DNA of 64,000 nucleotides, from NCBI GenBank assembly GCA_903813345.2, contig CAIIXF020000001.1, positions 23,064,001 through 23,128,000 of the forward strand, given 5' to 3'. This stretch comes from Owenia fusiformis (taxonomy: Eukaryota). How positions within the stretch are numbered: the first letter of the stretch is position 1; every line of letters starts with the position of its first letter. The position numbers and the translations under genes are program-made. Below the pieces are notes generated by a model. It worked only from the letters and a program-made list of their open reading frames with translations, did not search any database and was not told the origin of the DNA. Below are positions 1-13,575 of the stretch, piece by piece.

Positions 1-375
1 CAAATAGGCATATAGGTTCGTTCAGAGCAACCATGGGCTTTCAATTAGATGAAAGCCCATGGTCATGGTGCAACGCTCTTGAATCAGTTATAAACAGGAT
101 AATCAACAGATATATGAGAGGGTCAGGCATTTTTTTGACTTGGAGACCTCGACTCGAGGAGTTTGCTGCATTTTCTTGTTGGAATTGCATCAATGTGGGG
201 GGGGGGTTCAGGGGTTCACCCCTAGAATATATTTAAATCGTTATTGTGCATTCTAAGCATTTCAAACTATAATTTGTTTTTTCAACAAATTTTACAACAT
301 GGCTTTTTTCTTTTTATGTGGGGGGGGGGGGTAATCACACCCCTCCCCTGATTATGCCCATGATGTTTGCCACTA

Positions 376-769
376 CAGTCTGTTACACTGCTTCAAAGGC
401 AAGCAGTTGAACCTGAAAAATAAGATATCTATAGACTATTGTGCCATAATATATAGAAAAATATAGTGATATTGCACACAAATGACATTTGTATATTTCA
501 GATTATTTAGTGTTTAGTGCAATAAGTCTGTGCCCTCTTGTAATTTGAGGTCTGTCCACCATGTTATTTTTTGAGAATTAACATGGTAGAGAAGCATCAA
601 AATATAAGAGGTGACAGACTTCATGAGCCAATTTACAAGCAATCCAACATATACAAATGTCCTTCGTGTGCAATATGAATATATTTTTCTATATATTATT
701 GCACAATATTATTTAGATTTCTTATATTTCAGGTTTAACTGCTTGCCTTTGAAGCAGTGTAACAGACTG
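376..769. mobile_element. Tc1/mariner-like MITE
   Basis: TIR cagtctgttacactgcttcaaaggcaagcagtt / aactgcttgcctttgaagcagtgtaacagactg, flanked by TA on both sides. A degenerate relative lies at ~9960-10300. Confidence 0.8.
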
Positions 770-2442
770 TAGGGGCAATCTGTGCGATCATGGGCTTTCA
801 AACGAGGTACCATTTTTGTTTGCAGTACCCTGCTCTTTGGTTCTGATGTACAGTGAATTGATAAGGGTGACAGTGTATATAGAATTAGAGACAAGCAAGA
901 CATTTTGATTTATTGTATGACCTTTATGCCCTAGATGATATGAAATAGTTTGCCAAAATAAAAGTCAGGGGAATAGTTGGACAATTATTGTAAACCATAA
1001 ATCCCTTTGAAAACATGAAGACAGGAAATCAATGTCATCCATAGAAGAATTTGTAATCCACTGGGTTCAGCCATTTGTTCACCTACATGGATAACATTTC
1101 CTCCATACTCTCTTGAGTATAAGATCATTGTCGCACCCCTCTCCCCACCCCCATTGTTTTTATCTTGTGAACTCAAATCTCAAAAGTTCAGCTAATTCAA
1201 AACTGCAGTATATTTTTATTTTTTACGAAGGCCCCATACCATAGACATGGGTGGAGCTCTTCATTATAAGTATTGTGTTTGGATCATTGACTTGACCTCC
1301 AGTACTGAGCTGGATTGGCTTTTGTAGAACATGGACATTTTTAGACTATTATTAGAGGAGGAGGATACTTTTTGGAAACTGGTGGGGAGGGGTCTAAACA
1401 TCAACGTATTTGTGCTTGATTTGTACTACCAGGGATCTAATTGGCCAGATATTTTTTGACCTGAAAAAGTGCAGAAATCAAACGTCCTATGGAGTAAGGT
1501 TGAATATACATGTATAATGAATAACGTGAGTGAAAATTCAAACTTAAAGAAGTGGAATGTATATCTCATCATTCACTAGGGTTAAATGTGATGGTGGGAA
1601 ATTTTGGATACCTTTGAAGATATAACTCAATAACAGGAAGCCATTTAAACCTAGAAACTTTCATTTAAAGTGGCCTTATCATAGCTTGCTGTTGATTCCA
1701 ATCATCATACAAACATCTGTCACTTGATGATCAAACAAACTATCAATTCACTTCAGATTTCACATAGACAAGCTTCCATATACATGTAGATTCATTTATT
1801 CTATGAACATAGAAGTATCAGCATTTTTAATTATTGAACAAGCAGTTGAGAGATTCTATGAGGCTAATTGCCTATTTTTGAAAATTAAAGTCAAATTGGG
1901 TTTTAATATTAGGGTCATACTCATATATAGAAAGTGATCAGACTGTCGTATTGAGAGAAAAATGTTCTATTGATTTGATGACATTGTTTTCTCAATACAG
2001 AATGTTCACTATGAAAACAAAAGTAAACAAGACACTAGACTACAGCCCATCAATCATAGAATCTATGTAGGTTCAGTGAAGTGCTGTAGTATGAATGGGT
2101 ACGTGGTGAAATATGATACGGTATTCTAGAGCTGTTATTTAATTGGATGCATCAGCCAATACGCTTGTGACACATCATTATTATTTAGTTGGAGTGATTT
2201 AAAATGTGATATTTATCATCATACGAATTAATGACATTAACTCATCATATCATCAATGTAAATTAATTGATTTCAACCAATATTGATTGCCTTTTATCAT
2301 ACCACATGCTAGGTGGGTTGTGTCCTCTCACTTTCATTCTCTGTGCATTTGCGAACAAACTGTATGACCAATTTGCTTCGAAATTTTCAAGTTTCTTGGT
2401 ATGAAACTGATTGCTTTTGAGAAATCCTAGATAAAAATTCAA

Positions 2443-2606
2443 TTTTTATGTCAGCCACAAGAACATTGTTATGGGTATCCACTCTCCAACTTTTTTGTGG
2501 ATGATATTGTTAAGTGGTTGGTATTTGGTGGTAGGTGTTCCGTGGTTGGTATTCTTCATCTGTAACAAATGGCAGGTGGTGATATCTTGCATGTTAATGC
2601 CTTGTT
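2443..2606 (+). mobile_element. Short Helentron/HINE-like element (family A)
   Basis: Starts ttttatgtca and ends tctgtaacaaatggcaggtggtgatatcttgcatgttaatgccttgtt; same termini as the copies at 33891-34009 and 60553-62138. Confidence 0.6.
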
Positions 2607-2610
2607 GATA

Positions 2611-3448
2611 TTTGTCATGATGTTACCATTTGCCGTGTTGTTACAGGTGTGCTGTTGTGCACAACATTAGCATTTACAACAGCACTTTACTCCCCATCTG
2701 ATGCCATAGAGCTAACAGCATCTAACTTTGACATGATGTTACCATTTGCCTTGTTGTTACAGGTGTGCTGTTGTGCACAACATTAGCATTTACAACAGCA
2801 TTTTACTCCCCATCTGATGATGTCATAGAGCTAACAGCATCTAACTTTGACATGATGTTACCATTTGCCTTGTTGTTTCAGGTGTGCTGTTGTGCACAAC
2901 ATTAGCATTTTCAACAGCACTTTACTCCCCATCTGATGATGTCATAGAGCTAACAGCATCTAACGTTGTCATGATGTTACCATTTGCCTTGTTGTTTCAG
3001 GTGTGCTGTTGTGCACAACATTATCATTTGCAACAGCACTTTACTCCCCATCTGATGATGTCATAAAGCTAACAGCCTTTAACGTTGTCATGATGTTACC
3101 ATTTGCCTTGTTGTTTCAGGTGTGCTGTTGTGCACAACATTAGCATTTGCAACAGCACTTTACTCTCCATCTGATGATGTCATAGAGCTAACAGCATCTA
3201 ACTTTGACATGATGTTACCATTTGCCTTGTTGATTCAGGTGTGCTGTTGTGCACAACATTAGCATTTGCAACAGCACTTTACTCCCCATCTGATGATGTC
3301 ATAGAGCTAACAGCATCTAACTTTGACATGATGTTACCATTTGCCTTGTTGTTTCAGGTGTGCTGTTGTGCACAACATTAGCATTTTCAACAGCACTTTA
3401 CTCCCCATCTGATGATGTCATAGAGCTAACAGCATCTAACTTTGACAG
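2611..3448 (+). repeat. 119-bp tandem array (7 copies) of the PDIA6 exon-2 acceptor and 5' coding part
   Basis: Exon-like starts after cag at 2647, 2763, 2882, 3001, 3120, 3239, 3358. Only the last copy continues to the donor at 3500. Confidence 0.95.
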
Positions 3449-6400
3449 CAAAGTATTAAACAGTGACCAGCTTTGGTTTGTGGAATTCTATGCACCTTGG
3501 TAAGTAACACCTGGAAACTTTGCAAAATAATCACATAATAAATATCAGGAAACAATTGTTGAATAAAAACTATGTTCCTGGCTTTTGATGATTATCTCAG
3601 ATTAAAAATTCTGCAGAAATGAATATTCTAATTGATATTAAAAATACTCCTGTAAATTAGAATTCAATCTATCATCAAATTCACTGCATTTGTTTTCTCA
3701 GGTGTGGCCATTGTAAGACTCTTGCCCCAGAATGGAAGAAAGCTGCCAAAGCACTTAAAGGAATTGTCAACGTTGGAGCTGTTGATATGACACAGCACCA
3801 GAGCGTTGGCGGACCATACAATGTGAAAGGATTCCCAACCATTAAGATCTTTGGATCTAATAAAAAATCACCTCAGGATTATAATGGTTAGTACATGTAT
3901 TATAAATAAACATGAAAATATTTACAAATAATCCATCAGCTAGTGAAAGATTATACAATGAAACTCATGAATTTGAACACATGTAGAAGTTTTTTTGGGG
4001 TACCAAAGGAGTTCCACTTAGACAGGTTTTACTTAATAATGAACGAAAGACATCTCAATTGATAATTTCTGAACTCTTCAGATTGAAATGTTATACAGTA
4101 CTATTGTATTGAATATTGTCACATTTCACGAGGAATTTATTTTACAATCGCATTATTTCTTTTACATGACACATATCATGACTGAAAGGGAGATGGCATG
4201 ATTTATGATGATACTGAATGTCTTGTTATTCTTTCCATCATATTCTGTTGATGTCCAATATAATTTTACCAAAGTACAGACAGAATTCACCTGGCCCATA
4301 AATTTGAAAAATCTTAAAATTGATCAATTACTACAGAATTTCCAGCAGGATTGACACATTTATTAAAAGTATGACAAAAGTCACTTTATCAGCCTCTGAA
4401 ATTTTAGGGTTTTATCAGCATTTATAATTGTGTTTCTTTTTTATTTGCTAGATGACAGCATTGTGAGTGGATGGAATAACTTTCACAATATTTTTGTCAT
4501 GTTTTCCATTAAGTCAATGTCTGGGAGTGAATACCATATTTGAATGTTTTACAATTGTATTTCGGGCCAGCGTCAAGCCTCCAGCATTGTTGATCAGGCA
4601 ATGTCTGGGAGTGAATACCATATTTGAATGTTTTACAATTGTATTTCAGGCCAGCGTCAAGCCTCCAGCATTGTTGATCAGGCAATGTCTGGACTAAGAT
4701 CACTGGTTAACGACAGACTGTCTGGCAAGTCTAGTGGTGGTAGCAGTGGGGGAAGTGGAGGGGGTAGCAGATCAACCGGGGTAAGGAAGATATTTTAATC
4801 TGAGCAAAAAGTCATCTGATAGCTGTTCAAATAACAGTAAAATAAAGGATTCTGATTAATTTGATATATATTACTAAGACCTCTTTTGTTTTGGATTTAA
4901 ACAGAGTGGAGACCCCAAAGACGTCATTGAACTGACCGATTCCAACTTTGAGAAGCTTGTCTTGAACAGCAAGGATATATGGTTGGTAGAGTTCTTTGCT
5001 CCATGGTGTGGTCACTGCAAGAACCTGGCACCTGAATGGCAGAAGGCTGCAACAGAACTGAAAGGAAAGGTGAAGCTGGGAGCTCTTGATGCAACTGTAC
5101 ATCAGCAAACTGCTGGCCGTTATGGGGTAAGAAGTTTTTATATGGCACAATTTTTATTGTAAATTCCTTTTTCGAACAGAGGTCCTATGCACATAAGGTA
5201 TTAGTGTATAAAATTTCAATCAAATCTGTGAAGCTGTATTCTGAATGCTTAAAAATTCTGAACTAGTTACCAACGCGTATGAAATTTCAATCAAATCTGT
5301 GAACCTGTATTCCGAATGCTTGAAAATTCTGAACTAGTTACCAACGCGTATGAAATTTCAATCAAATCTGTGAACCTGTATTCTGAATGCTTGAAAATTC
5401 TGAACTAGTTACCAACGCGTATGAAATTTCAATCAAATCTGTGAACCTGTATTCTGAATGCTTAGAAATTATGAACTAGTTACCCTCAATGTGACATTAA
5501 TAACAATTATTCCAAACAATGTTTCTTACTATATGTCAAAGGGCATCCAATCAAAAATTGAAATTCTTTAATTATGTAGGTACAAGGGTACCCCACTATC
5601 AAGATGTTCCAAGGGGGTGAGGCCTCAGAGTATGATGGTGGAAGGACCGCTAGTGACATTGTATCCTGGGGACTGAACAAGGCTGCAGAGAATGTGCCCC
5701 CACCAGAGATTGTACAGGTACTGTATATTACTGCTATGGCACAACAGAAACAACATGATATTTGTTTTGATCATTTCATATAAAAAGTAGTACATTAAAG
5801 GAACAAAATGCCTAAATGAAGTCTCACTTTTGATCTTCAAAGTATTCCCAATGGATTAATAAGTACCTGATCTTTCATTTGACACTAAAAACAGCTCAAA
5901 CAGACCACATCAGAGTTGACACTAGATCATGAAAAAATATTTTCGATCTATCATTTATGTATGTCAAGATTTTAGCAATGCCATTGAAAGATGGCATTCT
6001 TGTTTGCATAAATTATCCATTCATTTTTGAGCCATCATATGCGATTTTGTGAAAAGTGGTAATTCACTTCTATGTTATTTCGTGCCTTAAACATAAATCA
6101 CATTGCTCTGATCTCTGATGACTTATTATCTCGAACATGTTCTCTTGTAGATTACAAAAGAAAGTGACCTTACAGATGCCTGTGAAGACCACCAGCTGTG
6201 CATCATCTCAATTCTCCCCAACATCTTAGACTGTCAGTCAAAATGCAGGAACGATTATATCAACATATTGAAATCTATGGGAGATAAATACAAAAAGAAA
6301 ATGTGGGGGTACGTAATCAGCTTTTAAATAGCATTATGTTAGTACGATCTTGTGATAGATAAATATTGCTTTCTCTTAAGAATAAATAATGCAGTCCACT

Positions 6401-8376
6401 CAGTTCTTGACTTTTGCTCTAATACATTACTCTTATACATTACGGCGTTTTTCCATCTTCATTATCAAAAAAGACTTCTTTCGGGAAGGTATAAAGTAGA
6501 GGCCTCTTACAAGACTATCTACTGCAGAAATGCCATACAGGGAAACAAGTTCCTGTTTTTGTTTTAATAAATCTGAAATTTTAATTCCTCCCTTATATTT
6601 TCTTTTCTTGCAGAACCAAATAACTTAAAGCATTCCACTTGTACATGATTCGCTACATACAAATTGATATGATTGTTTTCCATATTTGCAGCTATGTCTG
6701 GGCTGAAGGGGGAGCTCAGATGGATCTTGAACAAGCCCTTGGTATTGGAGGATTCGGATATCCTGTAAGTCTTATTTAAATCATTTTTTCACACATAGCT
6801 TGGTATGGTATATCACATTTCAGCCAATCAGAACACAGTATATGTTATAAGCATTGTGTATTTTACATCAGTTGAACACTCATCTTTGGATTCAGTGAAG
6901 TTAATCACCCTCGTCAATTTCATAATTTCAAGTTGGCTGTCGAGTGAGAATATGAATCATATCATGTGTAGCCAACTAGGTACTTGTAGGTGCTTCAAAT
7001 GTTGACCTTGCAAAAATGTTTCTGGTCAAGTTTCATTCTTTTTAGCGATAGTGTGCAAAATCCTTTGCTATATTTGAATAGAAATTAAGCATCTGACTCA
7101 ATTAAGTCATCTGTTAGTTTTGTATGCTATCCTTTGAATTTGGGCTTCTATACTCATTCTGAGTCTCAAACAAGACACTCATGTTTAAAAGCATTCACAA
7201 TTCATTGATCCTTGGCTAAAATCCTTTATTTATTTGGAATGTGGTGCTCTATAAAATATGCTATGTTTGTCATTTTTGAAATGTAATGTAATGAAATAAT
7301 ATATGTTCTCTGAGCTGAGGTCAAAATTCTATGAATAAGCTTTTAAATGGCAAAATACCGAAATAGATGCTGTTCAGTATCTGGTTCATAAACTTTTTGT
7401 TTTATAACTTCAGGCCATGGCTGCTGTTAACTCTAGAAAATTAAAATATTCTCTGCTGAGAGGCTCATTCAGTGAGACTGGCATCAATGAATTCCTTAGG
7501 TAAGTAAGAGGAGTATTGTATATTGGTACTTTATAATGTTTGGCATTGTGTTTTATCGTGTACATGACTAAATTGGTGTTTTTATGTCATCACCAAAAGT
7601 GGTGACATATTCTTATGGTCTCTTAACTTTTTTGTGACGTTGGTTGGGATTTGGCTGTTGGCGTCTGTACAAATTCTTACAACTTGCAATAACTTACTAA
7701 ATACGGTTAGACTGACTTCAGTTTTGTTCAAAATCATCTACAAGTTCTCAGAAGTTCAAATCTGACTTTGGCTTTCCTTCAAATACCTTCTTAATGTAAA
7801 AAAAGTCAAAAAGGTATTTTTCAACTTTCTTCAAATTGATCAATTTTTTCAAAATCATCTACAAGCTTCAGAAGTTCAAATTTGACTTAAGATATGGCAT
7901 TTGACCGAATGACTTCTTTGTTACATGATATTACTGTTATATTTCTATTTTCAGAGAACTTGCCTTTGGTAAAGGTTCCACAGCTCCTGTTGCAGGAGCC
8001 AAGCTGCCCAGTATTGTAGCTACAGATCCCTGGGATGGCAAGGATGGTCAGGTGAGGAAACAAGTTATTTGAGGGATTATTATATACAGAGGAGGGGTAT
8101 TAGGTTTATCCTGAGAGATAATATATCATTTGACCAGGCCATTTTGTTACCTTATGCATCATCCAGTAAAATTATGAAGAACGTAGTGTATAGCTTTTCA
8201 ATTGTTTTGATAATGGCATCACATATTTATTAACATGTGTTTTTATTGTATAACTTGAGTTTTTCTATTGTATGACATGGTTTGTGTTGTATTTTCAGCT
8301 ACCAGAAGAGGAAGAGTATGATCTCTCTGACGTAGAGTTGGAACCACTTGATGAAGAAGCCAAAGATGAGTTATGA
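3358..8376 (+). CDS. PDIA6: Protein disulfide-isomerase A6 (P5), 5'-partial, 10 coding exons seen
   Basis: Exons 3358-3499, 3702-3886, 4650-4780, 4905-5126, 5580-5717, 6151-6308, 6692-6764, 7414-7499, 7955-8051, 8299-8376, all GT-AG and in phase. Translation: signal-peptide tail [35 protein letters not shown], Gly/Ser linker, [39 protein letters not shown], acidic tail ending KDEL*. The short ATG exon was not identified (probably upstream of the window). Confidence 0.96.
4515..4692 (+). repeat. 84-bp tandem duplication across the PDIA6 exon-4 acceptor
   Basis: Copies 4515-4598 and 4599-4682; caatgtctgg occurs at 4515, 4599 and 4683. Confidence 0.95.
5207..5483. repeat. 71-bp minisatellite, ~4 copies (PDIA6 intron)
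   Basis: Unit tatgaaatttcaatcaaatctgtgaacctgtattctgaatgcttgaaaattctgaactagttaccaacgcg. Confidence 0.9.
7580..7910 (+). mobile_element. HINE-like family A copy with ~2 internal satellite units, 3'-truncated
   Basis: ttttatgtcatcaccaaaagtggtgacatat hairpin, then caaaatcatctacaagttctcagaagttcaaatctgact units matching the reverse complement of the 60.6-62.0 kb satellite. Confidence 0.7.
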
Positions 8377-10568
8377 TGTGGACCTGCCGATATAGGACAT
8401 CATCTCATCACACATCTAGCTCAATAAATTAACCATTCAATCATTCAGTCATTAACACCATCATTTGTCATCATCTGTCATTCATTTGTTCATCAAAAAT
8501 AACTTATATTTTCATCATTTATTTTTATCATCAAATGTTCTGGAACTCTCTGGTGATTATGTGTAGGAATCACTAAGCATCACAGACACTGCATCACCAT
8601 GGACTATAGATATCTACAACACTATGGCTATATATTGCCTTTGCGGGAAAATGAGGGACTTAAGTAGTGAAACTAACTCATGTACTGAAACATGGCATAT
8701 AAGCACTTTAAAACATTGAAACATGGCATATAAGCACTTTTAATCATAACATGTATAAAGTAAGGGACTTATGCTCTAAAATGTTTTAACAGGAAAATAA
8801 TATGAAATTCACATCAAAGAATGATGAGATTCTTTATGTTGTTGATGCTGGTTATTCCTATATGAGAATGTAACCTCTTCGAATTAAATATACAGTTACT
8901 GGGAAGGTAAAGGGGGTATCCTTATATTCAAGATTTGCAAGGACACTTGTCATCTGTGTTAAATAACTCTGAGATTTGCCATCTACAAACACAATACATT
9001 TTCTCTGTAATATAGTACTGTCATTCATGAATCAGACAAATTGTTAACGGGTAAATCTCTACTGTAGTTCTCTCTCAGTTATTGTTCCATGATCACTATG
9101 GATTCCAAGATCATCTAGTAGTTAGAGAATCAATAGTTTAGGCACAGTATAAAAGAAGTGCCCAAAAGAACATATTCCATGAATTATAGATTGAATTCAG
9201 GAACTTAGCTGATAATAGATTGGTCAAATTACAACTTGGAGCTTTCATTGTCATATTATATATTTTTGAAGTGTATTGTAAGCTTTGTGTTCACAATTGA
9301 GACAATGTCTTTTAAAATTCTGAAAATTCTGTTAGATTTTTATATGAATTATAACTTAACTGAGTTATTCCTAGTAATAGTGATAGCAAAAGTATTTGAA
9401 GCTGCTTTTAATGATCATTCCTTTAAATGATATTATTGTTGTCGAGTACTGTACTGTACTGTACTATTCAATACTATACTGTTATGCATGTTTGTAATGC
9501 ATTATGCATGCCTTACTTGCATGCTGTTTTGAAATAAAATGTATTACCAATTCTGTGAATGTGGGAAAGACATATCTCACAGTCAGGTCTTGCATTAGTC
9601 TCTTATGATTCGTTCAGTATGGTGTGTATGTTATGAGAAATGGGGGTTAATAAGCTTGATGCAAGACTTTTTAGGATTGGTATTTGTAAATCATTTGAAT
9701 CGATTGGGCACAGTATGTTACATTATTACATACTAGAAATAGATCTGTTCCAAGAAATAAGCGTTACTTGAATGTGTTTGCACATAAGTCAGGAAGATAA
9801 TTTAGTGCAATCTCGTGTTTGTTTTATAATTGTTAGATATGAACAGTACATTTCCAAACATGTAAAACTAAGATTAATGCAATAAAAATAATTAAATAAT
9901 AAACTGTAACTGTCTGTTGTATACTTTTACATCCTAGGGACATTTATAGTCCGATTTTAAAATTCCATTGAGAACTTTGAATCTAAAAAATAAACAATCA
10001 AATGACATGTTGCAACAGTGAAAAAATAGAAACATATTATGTGCAAGACCTACCTTTGGTATATTTCAGATAGTTATGTATAATGTGCAGCTAAGCTGTG
10101 GCCTTTTGTAATTTAGTAAGTTTCAGCCGTTGGAAAATAATGGCAGAGAAACATCAAAAGATAAGAGGCTTCATATGTAATAGCCAAACTACAAAATAAA
10201 CTTTAATATAATATACAAAAGTTCTATTTTTCCATACACTTTTGCGATGTGGTCATTTGATTGCTTATTTTTTAGATTTAATTCAAAGTTCTGAGTGGAA
10301 TGATGAATCAGACTGTACATTATGAGGTGAATCCATGACATCTCTCCCATGAAGCTACACATCGTGCTAGTTTTCAAATGCTCTCTACATTGTAATTTAT
10401 GCAATGGCGTATTTTACGATCCTTATACGAGGGGTGACCAGTAAGTAATGGACGCTTTTTACACGGGTGTTTTTTATCGACCAATCTCTTAGATTTTTTC
10501 AGCAGTGATCAATCATTCATTTATCTATCAGATTTGAAGACAAAATATGCAATACATATTGATGTCGT

Positions 10569-11442
10569 TATTATCCCGCCGAACGAAGTTCGAGGGGGAC
10601 ATTGGAAAGCCGTCCGTGTATCCGGGCGATAACTCAAACCGATTGACGGATTTGACTCAAATTTTATAGGCGTATGCGTTTTGTGTGTAGCACCTCTGCT
10701 CGAGAAGGAATTTTCAATATGGCTGCTCAATTCAAAATGGTCGCCATTTTTCGTAAAGATGTAATCTTTGATTACTCAAATACAAGTTGACGGATTTAAT
10801 TCAAATAGTATATGCTGATGCCTAAGGACAAAGGAATTCCGCTAAAGAAGAGATTTTCAAGATGGCTTCTGAATTTCAAAGTGGCGGCCATTTTCGTAAA
10901 AAATGTAATCTTTGATTACTCAAATACAAGTTGTCGGATTTGATTCAGCATTATATGCTGATGCCTAAGGACAAAAGAGCTTCGCTCAAGAAGAGATTTT
11001 CAAGATGGCTGGCCTGCTAATTTTCAAAATTGCGGCCATTTTTCGTAAAAGAACGTAATCTATGATAACTCAAATACCAGTCAACGGATTTGGTTCAGAT
11101 TTTATATGATGCTGCCTAGGGACACAGTAGCTCTGTTAGAGAAAGAATTTTCAAGAATTTCGGAATTTTAAAATGGCAACCATTTTTGGGGAAAAAACAT
11201 AATCTTTAATGACTTAAATACCAGTTCACGGATTTGGTTCAAATTTTATATGCTGATGTTTAACACAACTAAGCTCTGTTAGAGAAAGAATTTTCAAGAT
11301 GGCGGCTGAATTTCAAAATGCCTGCCGTTTTTCATAAAAAAAAACGTTATCTTTGATGACTCAATTACCATTGAACGGATTTGGCTCAAAGGGGCAGGTA
11401 CGTTATTGTAAGCTTCTTTTTAGACAGCTCTTACTTAAGTTC
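10569..11442 (+). mobile_element. Helentron/HINE-like element (family B) with internal ~145-bp tandem units
   Basis: 5' hairpin ttatcccgccgaacgaagttcgaggggga, tccg microsatellite remnant, then 5-6 units gat(t/a)actcaaatac..cggattt..ttttcaagatggc..gccatttt. A related minus-strand copy lies at ~59935-60150. Confidence 0.65.
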
Positions 11443-13039
11443 TAATAATTATTTGACCACAAAAACAAATGCGTTTGTTTGGCCAATATGTTATCTTCAA
11501 TAAGGGGCAATAGAATGAAATGATTATGTCTTTAGCTGTCATTAATCCACCCAGCCATCATCTCCAATTTCCGGCAATTATGAGCCAATATTTCACCAAA
11601 ACTGCAGCATTTTATTCCAATTTTTACGGTTAAATTAAAATGGTTCTAGAAGTCAATAATTTACCTCTGAAAAGGAAAGGTGAGTCCTCTTGGGATTAAG
11701 ATAATCCGAAAACAGTGGAAATTTGAGGTCAAATATCTGGCGTAAAAGCAACATTTTTTGATGTGGTTTACCTGAAGAAGTTTTATCAATAAAACGAAAA
11801 TTTATGAATCAAAATTGTTTTATTGTTTTTCGTAACACTAATAAACATTATACAGTTCAAACAACATACATTTATTAGTTAAATTTTTAACACCAATTCA
11901 AAGATTCAAAGGACTATTGCATATCTAATGTGCCATTTCAATGTTTTAGCATTTCAAAAATATTTTGCAACCTAAGTGATCGACCTCATCGTAACATCAC
12001 TCAGATCGCAAACGTTTTGAAAAAATTGAAAAAAATGTTCAATGTCAATCTTTTCTAAATATGCTAAACCAATGTTAATTGTATGACCAATTAAGTTTTA
12101 AATATTATACCATTGGTATCTGCAGCATGTGAACTAAACTTTTGAAATGCATTTCTCGCTTATTTATGAACCACTTTACTTATTTTTTCGGCAAAAACAC
12201 GTGACGATGTGTGCTATGCATTAGTGGAAATTATCGCTTATTAAAACATACGTGTGACCTCTAAAAAGTTAGTTTTAAATAAAAATTGCGATTTTTCGAA
12301 CAAAATGTCCTTCAAAAACCAATTTTGAAAATTAAAAAAAGTCATAGGGCCATCACATTTTGGTAACATTAGATAAAACTACAAAATAAGCCAAAGTGGT
12401 TTAAACTTTGTTAACATTTTTGAAATTAAGGGACTGCTAAAATTTTTATATTTCAATTGTTGGGATCTCAGCCGGAGTCAGAAAACTACAAATACAAACT
12501 GTATATTGGAGAATTATTAAATACTTGTCCATTATAAACTATTACTCATTGACTCTAAAAAGAAAAAGTATTTTAATAGGCTAAACATCTTCACTTTCCG
12601 TTAATGGTTTTTATGACCGTTTAGCGGGTTGTTTTAGGGTAAAATTATGCCTGAGACAACATTCAGATTATTCCATGGGCTCTCTATTGAAAGCCCGCGA
12701 TTACGCAAATTGGCCAATTTTTATAAAGTTTTATTTTATTGTTTTGACCAGCCTGCAAGGACTTAGATATTATCACTGGAGCAGAGGATATCCTTAATCC
12801 CTTATCGCAACCTCAACCTCCACTAGATATCACTCTAAACATTAATATTGCCCTTGACTAAGTTTAGCTTACAACATGGACGAGGTCCATGGTTCGACAA
12901 TTAGGGTGAGGAGCAGGGAATTTTGCAGGGAATAGTTTACAGTCACGTCGGCAAAAATAAGGAGTGACAACAGTGACTTGCATTTCATTCAATAGATCAA
13001 TCGCAACTCAAGCTCAATCGACTTATATCATAGAGGTAC

Positions 13040-13379
13040 CACTGGCGGATCTGGGGGGGGGGGGGGGGCAGAAAATAAAATTGGGCCCAAAAAATATTTT
13101 GGGCCACGCTTAAGGTCAACATTAGCTGGGCCTTTTTACCCCCATAAATGTGGGGTTATTTTGAGGATTTTTGATATTTAGGACATTTGTTACTCATGAG
13201 AAACGAATGTCCTAAATATCAAAAAACTCAAAATAAGCCTTATGTGTTAATTTCAGGCCAAATTTTGAAGAAAATGGCCCTCAAAATTTTGGCCCACTTT
13301 AGGGTTAGGGGCCCAAAATTTTCTATCCTGAAACTTGCCCCCCCCCCCCCCCCCTTGTTGGTTCCCAGATCCGCCCCTG
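13040..13379. mobile_element. MITE with GGCGGATCTGGG inverted ends
   Basis: cactggcggatctggg..polyG / polyC..cccagatccgcccctg; TSD unclear. Confidence 0.7.
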
Positions 13380-13575
13380 GGTAACATTAATCACTCCAAG
13401 TGAGGTACGCAACGAACTAATTACTTCTTTTGGAGAGTGACTGGGTCCCTGAGAAGGTTACTCTCCAACTCAAAAAGTAATTTCAAACGAAATGGCTAAT
13501 CCCTGGACTCGTGCGGAGAGAGCTAAAATAGTACCCAGGCACCTGCTTGGAGGACAAGAAGTATTTAAGGTCACC

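Noticed and set aside
1-2440. PDIA6 first exon and promoter
   Set aside because: No convincing ATG plus phase-1 donor or ER-stress element was identified; probably upstream of the window.
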